From: Mobula hypostoma
Lineage: Eukaryota
Reading direction: 5' to 3'
Length of the DNA stretch: 64,000 nt
NCBI RefSeq assembly: GCF_963921235.1
Contig: NC_086109.1
Location: 30,816,001-30,880,000, forward strand
The notes beneath the pieces are model-generated. The model was not told where the DNA came from. It worked only from the letters and a program-made list of their open reading frames with translations, and did not search any database. Positions 25,431 to 39,162 of this stretch are shown piece by piece; within the stretch, counting starts at the first letter, position 1; every line of letters begins with the position of its first letter. Both the position numbers and the translations under genes were made by a program.

Positions 25431-25650
25431 CAACCTAGGAATTCCCATTTCAAAGAACCGCTACTGTTCCGGCCATTCTGTGGCCAATATGACATGTTAG
25501 CACTTGAGGGCTGTGTGGCAAATGACTTGATTCATGACTCCCCCAAACTTTTCCACCATCTGAAAGACACAAGTTTGTGCATTTCTGGAGTTCACTGCCT
25601 GCAGCATTGAAGGAAGCAACTTAATTGTTACTTCCAAAAGGGAAAAAGGT

Positions 25651-25873
25651 TGGCACAGTGGCATAATAGCCAGTACAATACTATTATAGCATCAGTGACC
25701 AACGTTCAGTTGAAAGGAGTTTCTGTGTTCTCCATGTGACCTCCTGGTTTCTTCCAGGCGCATTGATTTCTCCCACATTCCAAAGGTGTAAAGGTGAGTA
25801 GGTTAATTGGTCTTGTGTAATTGGACAGTGTGAGCTCATTGGGCCTAAAAGGCTTATTACTGTGCTGTATGTC
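25651..25873 (+). mobile_element. V-SINE (HE1-like) whose tail is the Gmr1 insertion site
   Basis: GGAGTTTCTGTGTTCTCCATGTGACC..TTTCTCCCACATTCCAAAG..GTAGGTTAATTGG V domain plus CR1-like tail ..TACTGTGCTGTAT; tail appears to resume at 32811. Confidence 0.75.
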
Positions 25874-26861
25874 TGTGACAGAACAGGTTGGCAATGCTAA
25901 TTCTCCCGCTAACCTTGCCCCATTGCCTGGTTAGTCACTCCTCCTCGTTCTGACCCTGGTCTAGTTTCCCTCGTAGTTCGCACACTTTGCCCTTCTGTAT
26001 CTGCAGTTCTTGGGAGTTCACCGTTTACACACCCCAACAGTAAAACAATCGCCAGCTTGACTAATCAAAACAATCCCTTCAGTTAATGAGCTCTACTGGT
26101 TTATAACTCATAAAAAAAAATAAGGATTCTAGACACAGGCGTCCCAAACAGTTCCATTTATTTTCACTCACACTGTTACATCGGTTTGTAGACAGCAGAA
26201 TGGCCCCAAAAGACCTGAGGGACAGTTTGGGGCATCTTAAAATAATGCCTGGGATAGTGGGAGTAGGCGCACCACACCCTACACAGACAACACCGCTGGT
26301 GGATGTTCATCTGAGCATGTGGACACTGATCTATGGGTCTATCTGAGGCATTTGTTGTGGGGTAAAACTAGGATGTTAGAATCCCTGTTTAAAGTGTTTC
26401 ATTTCTGAATCTGAATATTGTTAAGGTCTGGTCACATGATTTTCCCCCTCCCTCCCAACCAACAGTAGAATTTCCTGGTCTTTCCAGGTGGAAACAAATT
26501 GAAACCCTCCACAACACACACAAAATGCTGGAGGAACTCAGCAGGCCAGGCAGCATCTATGGAAAAAAGTACAGTTGACATTTCAGGCTGAAACCCTTTA
26601 GCAGGACAGAAACCCTCAGTCATGGAGTGTGTCATGGAGAAAGCCTCTGTATATTTATAAAGTTTTGTACAAGTTTGTTTTCTATTGTCTATTTGTAAAT
26701 ACTTATTTTCTTCACCATTTTTGGGCCACCTCTGCATACTTCTCACCTGGCACGAAATAAAACCCCTTGCACTAATGTGCTGTTGTGGCTTACCATCTAT
26801 ATTTTACCAACTGGTGACCCTCATCGGGCACACTTACCATGCCCAGTAGTGAGGTGTGACA
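25874..26861 (+). repeat. 5' LTR of the Gmr1 element
   Basis: Direct repeat of 31833-32810 with many substitutions and indels; AATAAA at ~26756. Confidence 0.92.
26510..26608. mobile_element. PLE-derived insertion in the 5' LTR, 9-bp TSD
   Basis: GAAACCCTC at 26501-26509 and 26609-26617; insertion absent from the 3' LTR (AAACCCTCAGTC at ~32495). Confidence 0.85.
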
Positions 26862-26863
26862 GA

Positions 26864-26881
26864 TGGTAGCAGTGGTGGGAT
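26864..26881 (+). promoter_or_regulatory. Primer-binding site, tRNA-Leu type
   Basis: TGGTAGCAGTGGTGGGAT two bases after the LTR; one mismatch to the complement of a vertebrate tRNA-Leu 3' end as I recall it (TGGTGGCAGyGGTGGGAT). Confidence 0.8.
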
Positions 26882-27413
26882 GGGAAGCCGAGAAGGGGTG
26901 AAGATGTTGAAATGAGCTGGTCTGTGTTCACGGAAGATCAGAATTGAGCAAGACGCTCCAGGAATGGAGTCTCCTGAGGGAAGATGGTGGGACATGATGG
27001 AGTCCAAGGAAGAGAATGTGGCCCAAGGTGCATTGCCCAAGACATGTCGGGGTCCTTCTGAGGAACTGGGTAAGTCTGTGGAGATGTTGGAGCTGGCAGC
27101 TCTTCTTGGCCAGTTCATTGCCATGCAGCAGGCTCAGGGAGAAATACTTCTGCAGGACTTCTGAGAGCTACGAACCAGCCTGAGCAGAGCTCCACCACCA
27201 GAGACAGGTGTTGACCCAGGAGTGCCCGCTGCATCAGGGACTCCAAGGATCATAGTGTCTCTAGTCCCCTTGGAGTTTTGAAGCTCAAGAATGCTGCTTC
27301 TCTAGCGCTGTCTGCTATCTGGGCTTCCAGGTATGTAGGACCAGCCCTCACAGCCACTGGAGACTTCACCTGAGTCAGGATGTGGAGACTTTGTCTTCCG
27401 GTCGGAACCCAAG

Positions 27414-28025
27414 ATGCCAGTCTTCCAAGAGGGAGAGGATATTGAGAATCATTTCCTGCAGTTCGAATGGCTGGCTCAGATGTGGGGATGACACATGGAG
27501 GAGTGGGCGTGTTGACTTAGCCCCCTCCTGACTGGTAGAGCGTTGGAAACCTACTCGGCCATGAATGAGGAAAGGTCCAACAGTTACCCTGACCTGAAGG
27601 AGGCACTCCTCGCAAAATTCCACAGGTTTCCGGCAATATATCGACTGTGCCAGCTGGAGAGTCACCAAAGGAGACTTACTGCCACCTGAAAGAGCTTTTC
27701 TGGCACTGGATAAGGCCAGAGGTCCATAGTAAGGAAGAGATCAGCAAACTCATCATCCTCGAGCAGCTGCTGCAGGTCTTGCCGGGGAATGTTTGTACCT
27801 GGGTCCAAGAACACAATGGACTGGTCGTGCCACAGCTGGCCCAGTGGTACATCAACACCCAGAGAGGAGGACTCCTATCATTTCCTGCTCAGTCATAGGA
27901 GTGGCTCCCACTCATAAGTAACCCTAGTCCGCAAATCAGACACTAAAATCAATATAAAACCCCAAACTCCCCTAACTTGCTATTACTGTTAACAAGTTGG
28001 TCAGAAAACTTCTGTTTGTCCTTTT
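27414..28025 (+). pseudogene. gag with SCAN-like capsid C-terminal domain and zinc knuckle (disrupted)
   Basis: EDIENHFLQFE..PLLTGRALETY..YPDLKEALL, then GESPKETYCHLKELFWHWIRPEVHSKEEISKLIILEQLLQVLP..TWVQEH, then CYYC*QVG..C at ~27978. Confidence 0.85.
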
Positions 28026-28150
28026 TTTTCAACTAAGCTGTCTAGCTATTATGTCCCAAGGGAGGGGATCTCTCATTGCTAGATTCAGGGGTGGCTGTTA
28101 ACCTTGCAAGGGGGGAAGAACTGAGTAAAATATTCTGCTGAAATAGCAGT

Positions 28151-31100
28151 TTGGTGAATGGGCAGAGGTTCCATGTTCTCTTGGATACAGGAAGCATGGT
28201 TACCTTGGTCAGGACAGAATTTGTACCACCTCATCTTGCTGATTTCTGCAAACATATGATTCAACGCGTTCATGAGGATGTTAAAGGGTCTCATCCTGCT
28301 GATGTTATTCTTGGGGTGGTGTGTAATGTATACCTACTATGGGTGGGTGGAGTTGATGATTTGCCAAAGGATACGGTAACTGGTAGTGGTTTACCGGTCC
28401 TAGTAGACTTATTGGATAATGTTGACTCTGCTGCAATCTTGTCTTGCCCTGTGTCGACACGGCCTCAAACCAAAGCTGGGGTGGAGCTGCTGCCAGCAGT
28501 GGCTGATAGCCTATTTGAGGGAGGTAAGAAAGGGCACGTCAGAAACGCCGCCTGGAGAAAGCATTGGGTACACCTGACCACCGACCCAACACCAAAAATC
28601 TTCAACTCAGCTCATTGGCAGGCCCCCACAAACATAGCTGCTGTACAGCTAGCAGATCTGTCTCTGGCTCCTCTATATACTCAGGTGAATGGGGAGGGTG
28701 ACAAGGGGGCCTTTAGCTGTAAAGATAGCTATGTGCTGGAGAATGACATCTTGTATCTGGCAGGTACCCCTGACAGCCGATTGGTAGTACTCATCTGTTA
28801 CAGGCCCCTCATTTTTCATCTGCTCGTATCAACCCCTGGCCTGGCCAGTTGGGTCAGCACAAAGCCTACCTGAGAGTAAACCACAAACTTTATTGGCCAT
28901 CTATGTACGCTGATGACAAGCAATATTGTTCTTCTTGCCCTGAGTGCCAAAAGACCCGTCACGTCTGACACACTGACAGAGCCCCACTACAGACTTTGCC
29001 CATCCTAACCAGCCCATTCAAATGTATTGCTATGGCCATTCTAGGCCACCTACAGAAAAGCAGATCTGGTTTCCCTTATATTTCGAATTTGTGACTATGT
29101 GACCTGGTTCCCTGAGGCCTTCCACTGTGTTTCATCACCACCCCTAAGATCAATGCTGCCCTAGTACAACTCTTCTTTTGTGTGGGTTTCTCTGAAGAAA
29201 TTTAAACTGACCAAGGCACCAATTTCACCTCATGCCTCATGTCTCAATTACATCCTCAGTTGGTTGTTTCATGTATCCGCACCACACCTTACCACCCCCA
29301 AACTGACATCTCGGTCGAAAGGTTTCATCAAACCCTCAAAAACATGCTGGGGAAGTCTATGTCTGACACAGGAAGAGACTGGGAAAAGCGGCTGCCCTTT
29401 CTCCTTTTTGATATCAGGAGATTTCCCAGGCATCATCTGGCTTCTCCCCATTTGGGCTCCTGTATGGGTGGGATGTCCAGGGACCCCTCGATTTGCTCCG
29501 CTACCAGTGGGAGGGCAAGTCCCAATGCAGCACAGGTGAGGGCTTTGTCTCTTGTGTCTTACAAATGAGGGAGCGCATGGAGGCTTTCAGAGAGGAGGCT
29601 TGGTGCAATTGGGCAAAGGCCCAGTAGAACTATAAGAGTTGGCATAACTGTAAGGCATGGCAAAGGGAGTTCACCCCTGGTCAGAGGCTCCTTCTGCTAC
29701 TCCCCGCCTCCGCCAACAAACTCTTGGCCAAATGGCAGGGGCCTTTTGAAGTTCTGATGAAGCAAGGTCCAGTCACCTATGCTCCGTCTGGGGAAAGAAA
29801 GGCTCCTCAGGCAAATCATGTCAACCAGCTGAGGAAGTGGAAGGAAAGAGAGGGCCTGAAGCTTTCCTTGATGGTCCAACGGGTGGAGGAAGACTGGGGA
29901 GAGATGGTTAAAGACCTGCAGTGTTGGAGTGCTTCTCCAAAGCCCAACTTGGGCCACCTAACCCCTCAACAACAGGAGGGCTGAACCAAGTCTTCCAGCC
30001 ATATCCCCTCTCTTCCTGGCTGAACAATCGCAGTGCACACCATTCACTTGAAGGACAACACCCCCAACCAGCAGCGACCTCACTGAGTCCCAGAGAGATT
30101 GGTGGAACCACTCAAGGCTGACATCCGCAGCATGTTGGACCTGGGGGTGATGGAGCCCTTTGAGAGGGAGTGGTACAGCCCAGTGGTGAGTGTGCCAAAG
30201 CCTGATTGGTCCCTGAGGGTTTGCATTGAGTTCCCAAAAAATCAATGCCATCTCCAGGTTCGATGCCTACCCCATGCCATGGATTGATGAGTTGTCGGAA
30301 AGTTTGGGCCATGCCAAGTTTGTAACAACCCTTAACCTCTGCAAGGGTTATTGGTAGAGCCCACTGGCAAAAACTCTCGTGAATACATAGTGATAGTCAT
30401 AGTCATACTTTATTGATCCCGGGGGAAATTGGTTTTCGTTACAGTTGCACCATAAATAATAAATAGTAATAGAACCATAATAGTTAAATAGTAATATGAA
30501 AATTATGCCAGTAAATTATGAAATAAGTCCAGGACCAGCCTATCGGCTCAGGGTGTCTGACCCTCCAAGGGAGGAGTTGTAAAGTTTGATGGCCACAGGC
30601 AGGAATGACTTCCTATGCCGCTCTGTGCTGCATCTCGGTGGAATGAGTCTCTGGCTGAATGTACTCCTGTGCCCACCCAGTACATTATGTAGTGGATGGG
30701 AGACATTGTCCAAGATGGCATGCAACTTAGACAGCATCCTCTTTTCAGACGCACTGTGAGGGAGTCCAGTTCCATCCCCACAACATCACTGGCCTTACGG
30801 ATGAGTTTGTTGATTCTGTTGGTGTCTGTTACCCTCAGTCTGCTGCCCCAGCACACAACTGCAAACTTGATAGCACTGGCCACCACAGACTCGTAGAACA
30901 TCCTCAGAATCCCCCTTGGTCTCTATCATTTCACTGTCATGCCCTTTGGGCTGCACGGAGCCTCAGGGTCCTTCCAACAGCCGATTGACTGTGTGCTGAG
31001 GGGATGCAAGAAGCACTGTGTGGCCTACCTGGATGATGTGGTCATCTTCAGAACCAGCTGGGAGGCCCACCTGAAGCATCTTGAGGATGTCCTAAAGAAG

Positions 31101-31795
31101 ATTGCAGCTGCTGGCTTGACACTGAACATCCAGAAATACAAGTGGACCTTTGCTGAGACACGGTACCTGGGCTACCAGCTAGGGCAAGGACTAGTTCAGC
31201 TACTGGTCAACAAGGTTAAGGTTATCAGAAGGAAGAAACTGGTCCAGTCCTTCCTGGGGTTAATCGGGAGGTGTCAGCATTTTATCCCTCAGTCTGTCAC
31301 CTTGGCAGTCCCACTAACAGAACTGACGCTGAAGTTGGCAAAGAATCCAGTCCGGTGGACTAAAGAATGTGAGGAAGCCTTTGTGTCTCTGAAGGAGGAC
31401 TTGTGTTCCGGCCGGTCCTCATCAGCCCAGACTTCACCAAACCATTCAGCATCCAAGTCGATGCCTCAGCAGAAGGGATTGGAGCAGTCCTGGCCGGGGA
31501 AAGGGGGAGAACAGCTGGTATTGTACCTTAGTTGGAAGCTGCTGCCATGGGAGACAAGGTATTCCACTGTCGAGAAGGAAATTCTGCCATAAAATGGGCC
31601 TTGGAGAGCGTCCGGTATTGCCTACTACGCAGAGAATTAGTTCTGGAGACCAATGACAGAGCACTCAGCTGGATCCACTCCGTGAAAGGCCACAATACAC
31701 ACATCATGAGATGGTACCCGGCTCTACAACTATTCCATTTCAACATCCATCATAAGGCAGGTCAGCACAACATCATGGCAGACTATCTCTCCTGA
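28151..31795 (+). pseudogene. pol of the Gmr1 element: PR-INT-RT-RNaseH, frameshifted
   Basis: LLDTGS (~28180); INT CPECQK, TDQGTNF, TTPYHPQTD..VERFHQTLKNML (28930-29350), KWQGPF (~29730); RT SPVVSVPKPD, MPFGLHGA, YLDD; RNase H DAS, YSTVEKE, ADYLS. Confidence 0.9.
30390..30905 (-). mobile_element. Young 5'-truncated Rex1/Babar LINE inserted in the Gmr1 RT
   Basis: FYESVVASAIKFAVVCWG..NKLIRKA and HAILDNVSHPLH..RKSFLPVAIKLYN; minus-strand tail AATAAAGTATGACTATGACTAT; host RT resumes at ..PLGLYHFTVMPFG. Confidence 0.9.
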
Positions 31796-31832
31796 TTACC
31801 TACTTTATGCAATCCAGAAGAGCTGGGGGTGA

Positions 31833-32810
31833 TGTGACAGAACAGGTTGGCAATGCTAATTCTACCACTAACCTTGCCCCATTGCCCGGTTAGTCACTCC
31901 TCGTTCTGAACCTGGGTCTAGTTTCCCCAGTAGTTTACACACTTTGCCCTCCTGTTCTATAGTTCTTGAGAGTTCACCATTTACACACCCCAACAGTAAA
32001 ACAATCACTAGCTTGACGAATCAAAACAATCCCTTCAGTTAAAGTGCTATGTTGGTTTATAACACATAAAAATAAGGATTTTAGACACAGGCATTCCAAA
32101 CAGTTTCATGTATTTTCCCTCACACTGTACATCACTTTGTGGACAACAGAACAGACTCAAAAGACCCTAGGGGCAGTTTAGGGACGTCCTGAAATAATGC
32201 CTGGGTTCGTGGGAGCAGCACGCCACACCCTACACGGGCAACTCCACTAGTAGGGAGGCACTATTCTTTTATATTCATCTGAGCATGTGGACACTGATCT
32301 GTGGGTTTAACTGAGGCATTTGTTGTGGAGTAAAACTGTGGAATCCCTGTTTAAAATGTTCCAATTCTGCATCTGAAACAATTGTTATGGCCTGGTCACA
32401 TTATACCCCGCCTCCCCCCCCCCACCCACCCACCAAAAGCAACAGTAGAATTTCCTGGTCCTTATAGCCTTCTAGGCCAGGTGGAGGCAGGTTTAAACCC
32501 TCAGTCTGGCTTTGTTTGAGGGGTGTGGAGGTTGGTGAATAGTTATATTGGAACATCAAAGAGAAAGTATTTCATGGAGAAAGCCTCTAAATATTTGTAA
32601 GTTTTTGTTCATGCATGTTTGCTTTCATTTGTCTATTTGTAAATACTTTTTTCATTCACAACTTTTGGGCCACTTTTGCATTTTTTGTTCTGCCTGGCCC
32701 TAAATAAAACCCCTTGTACTAATGTGCTGTTATGGATTATAAGTTTTTTTTTTCCCAACAGCTGACCCTTGTTGGGCACATTTGCCAACACCTGTTTGTG
32801 AGGTGTGACA
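31833..32810 (+). repeat. 3' LTR of the Gmr1 element
   Basis: Direct repeat of the 5' LTR, preceded by AGAAGAGCTGGGGGTGA. Confidence 0.92.
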
Positions 32811-34444
32811 ATCTTTAGCTAAAATAAATGAAGTAGAAATTAGAGGGAAAATAAGTTCAGGGCTGTGGAGAAATAGCCGGTGAATTAAATGGCTGAAATG
32901 CTCTTGCAGACTATCAACATCGGCTGAAAAGTTTCTGTGTCTTCCTTCTATTTTGTGATTCTATATTTCTTTAGCAAAAAGGTAAAGCTATAAATACAGG
33001 AAATTCAAGACAAAAACTGATGTCTTGATAAGCAGCAAGCACTGTAATAAACAATTTAGCAAGGCCCATTCAATGGCAGTTCTTAAAACATGACCTCCAA
33101 CATGCAGACATTGAGTAGAAAACCACACACCATGGAGTACTAAGAGTGAATTGAGCTCTGCTTCCAAAATGTTTTTTTATTGACCCACTAGATTGGTGAT
33201 TATTCATTAGAAATATTTTGATCAAGGGTCTTTAGAAAATTTTGATAGTGGGAGATTAATCTGAAATTACAACAAATTCTCTCTCCCTATTTCCTATTAA
33301 AGCTTCTGAGTATTTCCAGCTTTTTCTGATATCTGGTATTATGCTAATTGTGATGTATTTGATACTTTGGTGAATTGTATAGTTGATTCATATTCCTCTA
33401 TTCTGTATTCAGTATTTCTTTGATATTGAGGTTGACTGAAAAGATTGAATACTGTCTAATGCTAAATGAAGGGTGCACTGACAGATGAAACCAGATACAT
33501 TATCCAGAGGGATTGGATGTAAATTCCAAAGGCATAAAAAAATATAGAATCAGTGAGAAATAAGATGACCTTTCATATTTGTTATGAAAAAATGTTGAAC
33601 ATGGTCTTCCTCTTCTGGTGTTTCTCAATTTAGATAGAATACAGGTGTGTGGACAGCCCAATATGAAAATCTGACACCAGAGGAAAATTTGATTGATAGG
33701 ACTGGAGTAGCCTCTATTTTGTGAAGAAGACAAAGTTGCATATTTACAATGAGTTTTCTGCATGTGTTTGGCATTATCCTTGTGCTAAAAAACATTAGAT
33801 TCATAATTGTTCTAACAGCCCATGATTAGATAAGGAACCCTCCCATGAGGCTGTCATTGTCCACACAAGAAATGTGCTTGGCCATAGAGACCAACCTCTT
33901 CCTCCGTCTATCTTGCCACAATCTGTTCTCCATGGCTGTCGTTAGAATAGGTTGTGGTTGGTGCTCATTTGTTTCAAAACACCCAAGAGCAGCATTTCCG
34001 TCAGAACACTGAACTGTGTTGTCTTCCTCTAGTATTGTTGAAACTGCAGGGGCTGTATCCCATAGGAGTTGTAGAAATACAAATATACACAAGGTTGTTA
34101 ATTCAGTCCTTTGAATTTGCTAAAAAAAACACATTGTTGAGTCTTTTCCAATATGTTTGTTATTGACAAATGGTGTTTACTGAATTGAATATTGGAGAAC
34201 AATTTGATCCACAAGCAGAGAGAATGGAAAATATTTTCTTTTAGACAGACCTTGGATTTGAATCCTTCTCTATTATTGATAAGACTGATCACTGCCTCCA
34301 CTGAGCCAGCACAGCTTTTGGCTTTTTGAGGGAAAAGGTACTAAATAATTGAGACCTTAAATTTGCTACAAAGCCCATGATCCACAATGCAGCGGTTATT
34401 CTTGGTGTCTCGCCACAGCAGATGTCAAAGAACTTAAGAGAAGC

Positions 34445-37400
34445 TGTTGTAATGTGAGCTTTGTTAAAAGTAAGTTAATACTAATTAGGATAATGGGGGG
34501 TTTTACTTCCCTTCTTTTTACTTCCGGTGTGCTTTGTATATAGTGTTCCTGCCATGCCGTACGGGTTGTGAAAGCCTCTGTATATACATAACGGTTTTGA
34601 AGTTTGAGATAAAGTTGGTTCTTGGGCATGAAGTTGTAGAGTGTGCCTTTTTCAAGGTAGAAGTTACTACATATTTTTGGTGACAAGGTGAACTGGTTTT
34701 GTGGATGTGTCGGCACATTTCGAGTGGGAGCAGCAGTGCCGATTAAAGGGCCTCATGTTCGGATGGCTAAGTTTTGAGCTATCATTGATTTTGTGGACAT
34801 GACGGAGGACTGGCCGGAGTATGAGGAAAGGTCTGGGCACTTTTTCTGTGCTAATGGAATTACGGAGGAGGCTAAGAAGTGTTCTATTCTCCTGAGTGCA
34901 TGTGGGGCAAAGACTTACAAGCTAATAAGGAATTTAGCCACACTGCGGAAACCGGGGGACATTCCATATGACGAACTGGTCAAGCTCGTGGGGAACCACC
35001 ACAATCCAAAAACTTCTGCGATAGTCCAAAGGTGTAAGTTTCACAGCCATTTCAGGAAGCCAGGCCAGTCTGTGGCCAATTTCGTGGCCGAGTTGCGGCA
35101 GCTGTCAGAACATTGTGATTTCGGAGCGGTGTTGGATGACATGCTCCATGATAGATTGGTATGCGGACTTAATAATGACGACATACAACACCGCCTGTTA
35201 GGGGAAACCCCACCGTTGACTTTCGAGAAAGCCTTAGAGATTGCCCAAGGCATGGAGATGGCTGCTAATAATGTCAAGGATATGCAGAAGGGACATGGGG
35301 TGGTCGCAGTCGGCGGCAGTGCACCAAGTCAGGAGGGAGACTGGTAACCAGACAAAGCGGGTGGAATGTTTCCGGTGTGGAGGGACACACTATGCAAATG
35401 ATTGCAAATTCAAAGACACTGTCTGCCATGCTTGTAGCAAAAGGATATTTAGCTAAAAAGTGCAGAAATTTAAAGGGTAAGATTAAGCCTGGGCAGGGGA
35501 AAACTCAACAGGCTCAGGCAGCCACACACCATCTAGAAGAAGCAGATGAAGAGCCAGCGTGTGCCTACAACATGTTTGCAATGGAAACAGATGAAGAATC
35601 ACCTGAACCATATTATGCCACAGTCACTGTGAGGGGAAAGGACATTAAGTTTGAGATTGATTCAGGGTCTACTGCATCGGTCATTAGTGAGGAGACCTAC
35701 AGGAGGACATGGGGATCCAACCTGCCTCCTATTAGACTGTCAAAGCTCAAACTTGGGACATTTATGGGGCAGCCTATACCTCATTTAGGGGTGTTATATG
35801 TGGACATTTCAGCCGGGGGTCAGAAGGCTGAAGCCAGGCTAGTGATAGCTAAGGGCAGGGGGCCCAGTCTTTTGGGTCGCAATTGGCTTCGCAAAATCTG
35901 GCTAAACTGGCATGAGATTAAGTATGCACACACAACAGAGGACATTCTGCAGCGGTACAGTGACGTTTTCAGGGACGAGCTGGGAACACTGAAGGGCGTG
36001 ACTGTGAAACTGCATGTCGACCCTGAGGCTAGACCACGTTTTTTTAAACCCAGGTCAGTGCCCTATGCCATGAAAGGCAAAGTCGAAGAGGAGCTGAAAC
36101 GTTTACAGAGGCTGGGCATTATTGAGCCCGTCCAGTTTTCAAGGTGGGCGGCTCCCATTGTTCTAGTTTTGAAGGCAGACAAAACAGTGAGGATATGTGG
36201 GGATTATAAACTTTCGGGGAATCAGGTCTCTGGGCTGGAGGAGTACCCATTGCCATGGGTGGATGTCCTGCTTGTGACCCTGTCAGGGGGTAAGCTGTTC
36301 ACAAGGATGGACATGAGCCACACCTACCAACAGCTGCTGCTCGACGAGGATTCAAAGGAGTACGTCACAATTAACACGCACAAGGGAATATTCAAGTACA
36401 ATCGCTGGGTGTTTGGAGTGGCGTCCAGCCCTGCCATTTTCCAAAGGACAATGGACACTTTGCTGCAGGGGATTCTACACGTAGCAGTGTAACTTGGTGA
36501 TACTTTGATCACAGGGGCTATGGAGGTGGAGCATCTGGCTAATTTCGAACGGGTGCTGAAGAGGCTCTCAGACACAGAGCTGCAGTTGAAATGCGGAAAA
36601 TGTGTGTTCCTGGCATCGACTGTGACTTACCTGGGACACAAGATCACAGCTGAGGGGCTTTGCCTTGTAGAGGACAAAGTGAAAGCTATTAAGGAGACCC
36701 CAAGCCCTGAGTCCGTCACGGAACTCAAATCATTTTTGGGCATGGTAAATTATTATGGCAAGTTTCTTCCTGACCGCTCAAGGGTTTTGACCCCACTGTA
36801 TAAGCTGCTTCACAATGACACTAAGTGGCAATGGGGTGAAGAGCAGGAGAAAGCTTTCAAGGAAGTGAAAGAACTCCTCCACTCAGCGAAGCTGCTTGTT
36901 CACTATGACCCAGACAAGGAGATCACCCTTGCATGTGATGCCTCGCCCTATGGAGTCGGGGCAGTTCTCTCACATGTAATGGAGGATCGTTCAGAGAAGC
37001 CTATTGGTTTTGCTTCACGTACCCCGACAGCTGCTGAGAAGGGATATTCACAGCTAGACAAAGAAGGGCTTGCCATTGTTTTTTGCAGTCAAACGCTTTC
37101 ATCAGTACCTTAATGGATGCGCATTTACTATTTATACGGACCATAAACCACTGATAAGCCTGTTCAGTGAGACTAGATGCATCCCACCACTAGCCTCAGC
37201 CAGGATACAGCGTTGGGCTCTTACATTGTCAGCCTACCAGTACACTATAGTGTACAGAGTGGGTGGGAATAATGCAAATGCTGATGCACTGAGTCGACTA
37301 CCTTTACCGGAGACACCTATTACTACATATGTGCCTCCTTCATTGGAGAGGCTGTCAGAGACACCTGTAAAGGCGACCCAGATCAGGCAGTGGACAGAGA

Positions 37401-39162
37401 GGGACCCAGTCCTGTCCCAGGTCAAGACTTTTACAAGGCTGTCCCAGAGTCGTGGAAGGAGAGGGACTGAGGCCTTAGGCCAAATGCAAGACAGAACTCA
37501 GTCTGCAGGATGGCTGTATTTTCTGGGGGGCGAGGGTCATTGTGCCTCCCCCGGCCATTCACAGATTGTGGAGAAAATTCATGAGACTCACCCAGGAGTG
37601 TCTCGAATGAAAAGCCTTGCAAGATCCTACGTTTGGTGGCCAAGAATGGATCAGGATCTGGAGAACAAGGTAAAATCATGCACGTAATGTCAGACTAATC
37701 AGAATATGCCACCACCAGCTCCTTTGCACCCATGGGAGTGGCCAGACCACCCCTGGTCTAGGCTACATTTGGACTTTGCTGGCCCTTTTATGGGGCAGAT
37801 GTTTGTTGTAATGGTAGGTGCGCATTCTAAATGGATCGAAGCTCACAACATGAGCAACATCACAACTCCCTCAACCATAGACAAACTCAGGCAAGTGTTT
37901 ACAGTCCACGGGTTGCCTGGCACTCTGGTCACTGATAATGACCCGACGTTCACCAGTGAACTGTTCAGTGAGTTCATGCAGCAGAATGGCATTCGTCACA
38001 TTCGGACGTCTGCTTTCCACCCAGCCTCCAATAGTTTGGCTGAGCGGGCTGTTCAGACAGTGAAGGAAGGCCTGAAGTGGATGACAGGGGACTTTCTTAG
38101 CATGCGGCTTTCACGTTTCCTGTTTAAATACCACCTCACGCCACAGACTATGACTGCCCGCACTCCAGCAGAGATGCTGATGGGGCGTAGGCCCAAGTCA
38201 AGATTGGACCTACTGTGCCCGGACATGAAGGCGCAAGTGGAGAGAAAGCAGGAAAAGCAGAAGGTGGGACATGATCAACATGCACAAGGGAGGCAGTTAA
38301 AACCGGATGACAATGTCTATGTGAGATACAATCAGCAATGGCTGCCTGGGGTTATTGTTAAGCAGAGTGGTCCTGTCTCCTATGTTGTTAATCTGACTGA
38401 TGGGCGTGTTTTCCACAGACATCAGGACCATGTGCGCCTGCGTCATGATACCAGCTCAGAGGCAGACAGTTCCATGGAGTTTCCATTTGTGAGACAGACT
38501 ACGGTGGAAGCATGTCCACCAGTGACTTTGCCAGAGGGCGAGATGCTAGCAGAGGGGTCGGGGTCCCCTGAGGAGGATGGATAGTCTCACGCAGACACAC
38601 AGACCCGTCTCATGCCTCCAACACCAGCTCCACCCAAAACACCCTCACCAGCGGTGCCTGCTGGGTCACCGGGGGCAGTGCGCAGATCACAGCGCATTCG
38701 TAAACCTCCTGACAGACTGAATCTTTGATGGGACAGTTCTTTTTTGTTGTTGTTAGATTGAATATTTAATCTGTCATGTTTTCCAGATGTTTGTATTGAT
38801 AAACTGTTGCTGAGATACTAGTATAAGTTTTCAGGGGTACACAAGTTAATAACACAGCTGCTTTTATTTCCCAGTTTTTTTACATTTGGGGATGTTGGAT
38901 TTTAAAGGGGGAAAAGTGTTGTAATGTGAGCATTATTAAAAGTAAGTTAATACTAATTAGGATAATGGCGGGGCGGTGGGGGGGTGGTGGTTCTACTTCC
39001 GTTCTTTTTACTTCCAGTGTGCTTTGTATATAGTGTGCCTGCCATGCCATACGGGTTGTAAAAGCCTTTCTATATACATAACGGTTTTGAAGTTCGAGAT
39101 AAAGTTGTTTCTTTGGGCATGAAGTTGTCGAGTGTGCCTTTTTCAAGGTAGAAGTTACGACA
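34445..39162 (+). mobile_element. Ty3/Gypsy LTR retrotransposon, family A copy 1 (full length, disrupted)
   Basis: LTRs 34445-34671 and 38917-39162 (TGTTGT...ACA); PBS TGGTGACAAGG 34678; PPT AAAGGGGGAAAAG; TSD GAAGC/GAAGG; gag with CFRCGG..H..C knuckle, PR EIDSGS, RT, RH CDASPYG, INT HxxxH..C and LDFAGP. Confidence 0.95.

Larger units (their letters stand above)
25874..32810 (+). mobile_element. Full-length decayed Gmr1-clade Ty3/Gypsy LTR retrotransposon
   Basis: LTRs 25874-26861 and 31833-32810 (both TGTGACAG...GTGTGACA); PBS; gag, PR (LLDTGS), INT, RT (YLDD 31026-31037), RNase H in that order; purine-rich tract before the 3' LTR; degenerate 5-bp TSD ATGTC/ATCTT. Confidence 0.93.

Noticed and set aside
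27647..27898. Host SCAN zinc-finger gene
   Set aside because: Lies in the gag position between PBS and protease of an LTR element, has stops and frameshifts, and no C2H2 array.
33826..34092. 88-aa minus-strand ORF in a slightly GC-richer patch
   Set aside because: No recognisable motif; may be an old TE remnant.
35377..38584. Functional gag-pol CDS or endogenous retrovirus with env
   Set aside because: Multiple stops and frameshifts and a destroyed YLDD; no env-sized ORF between integrase and PPT.
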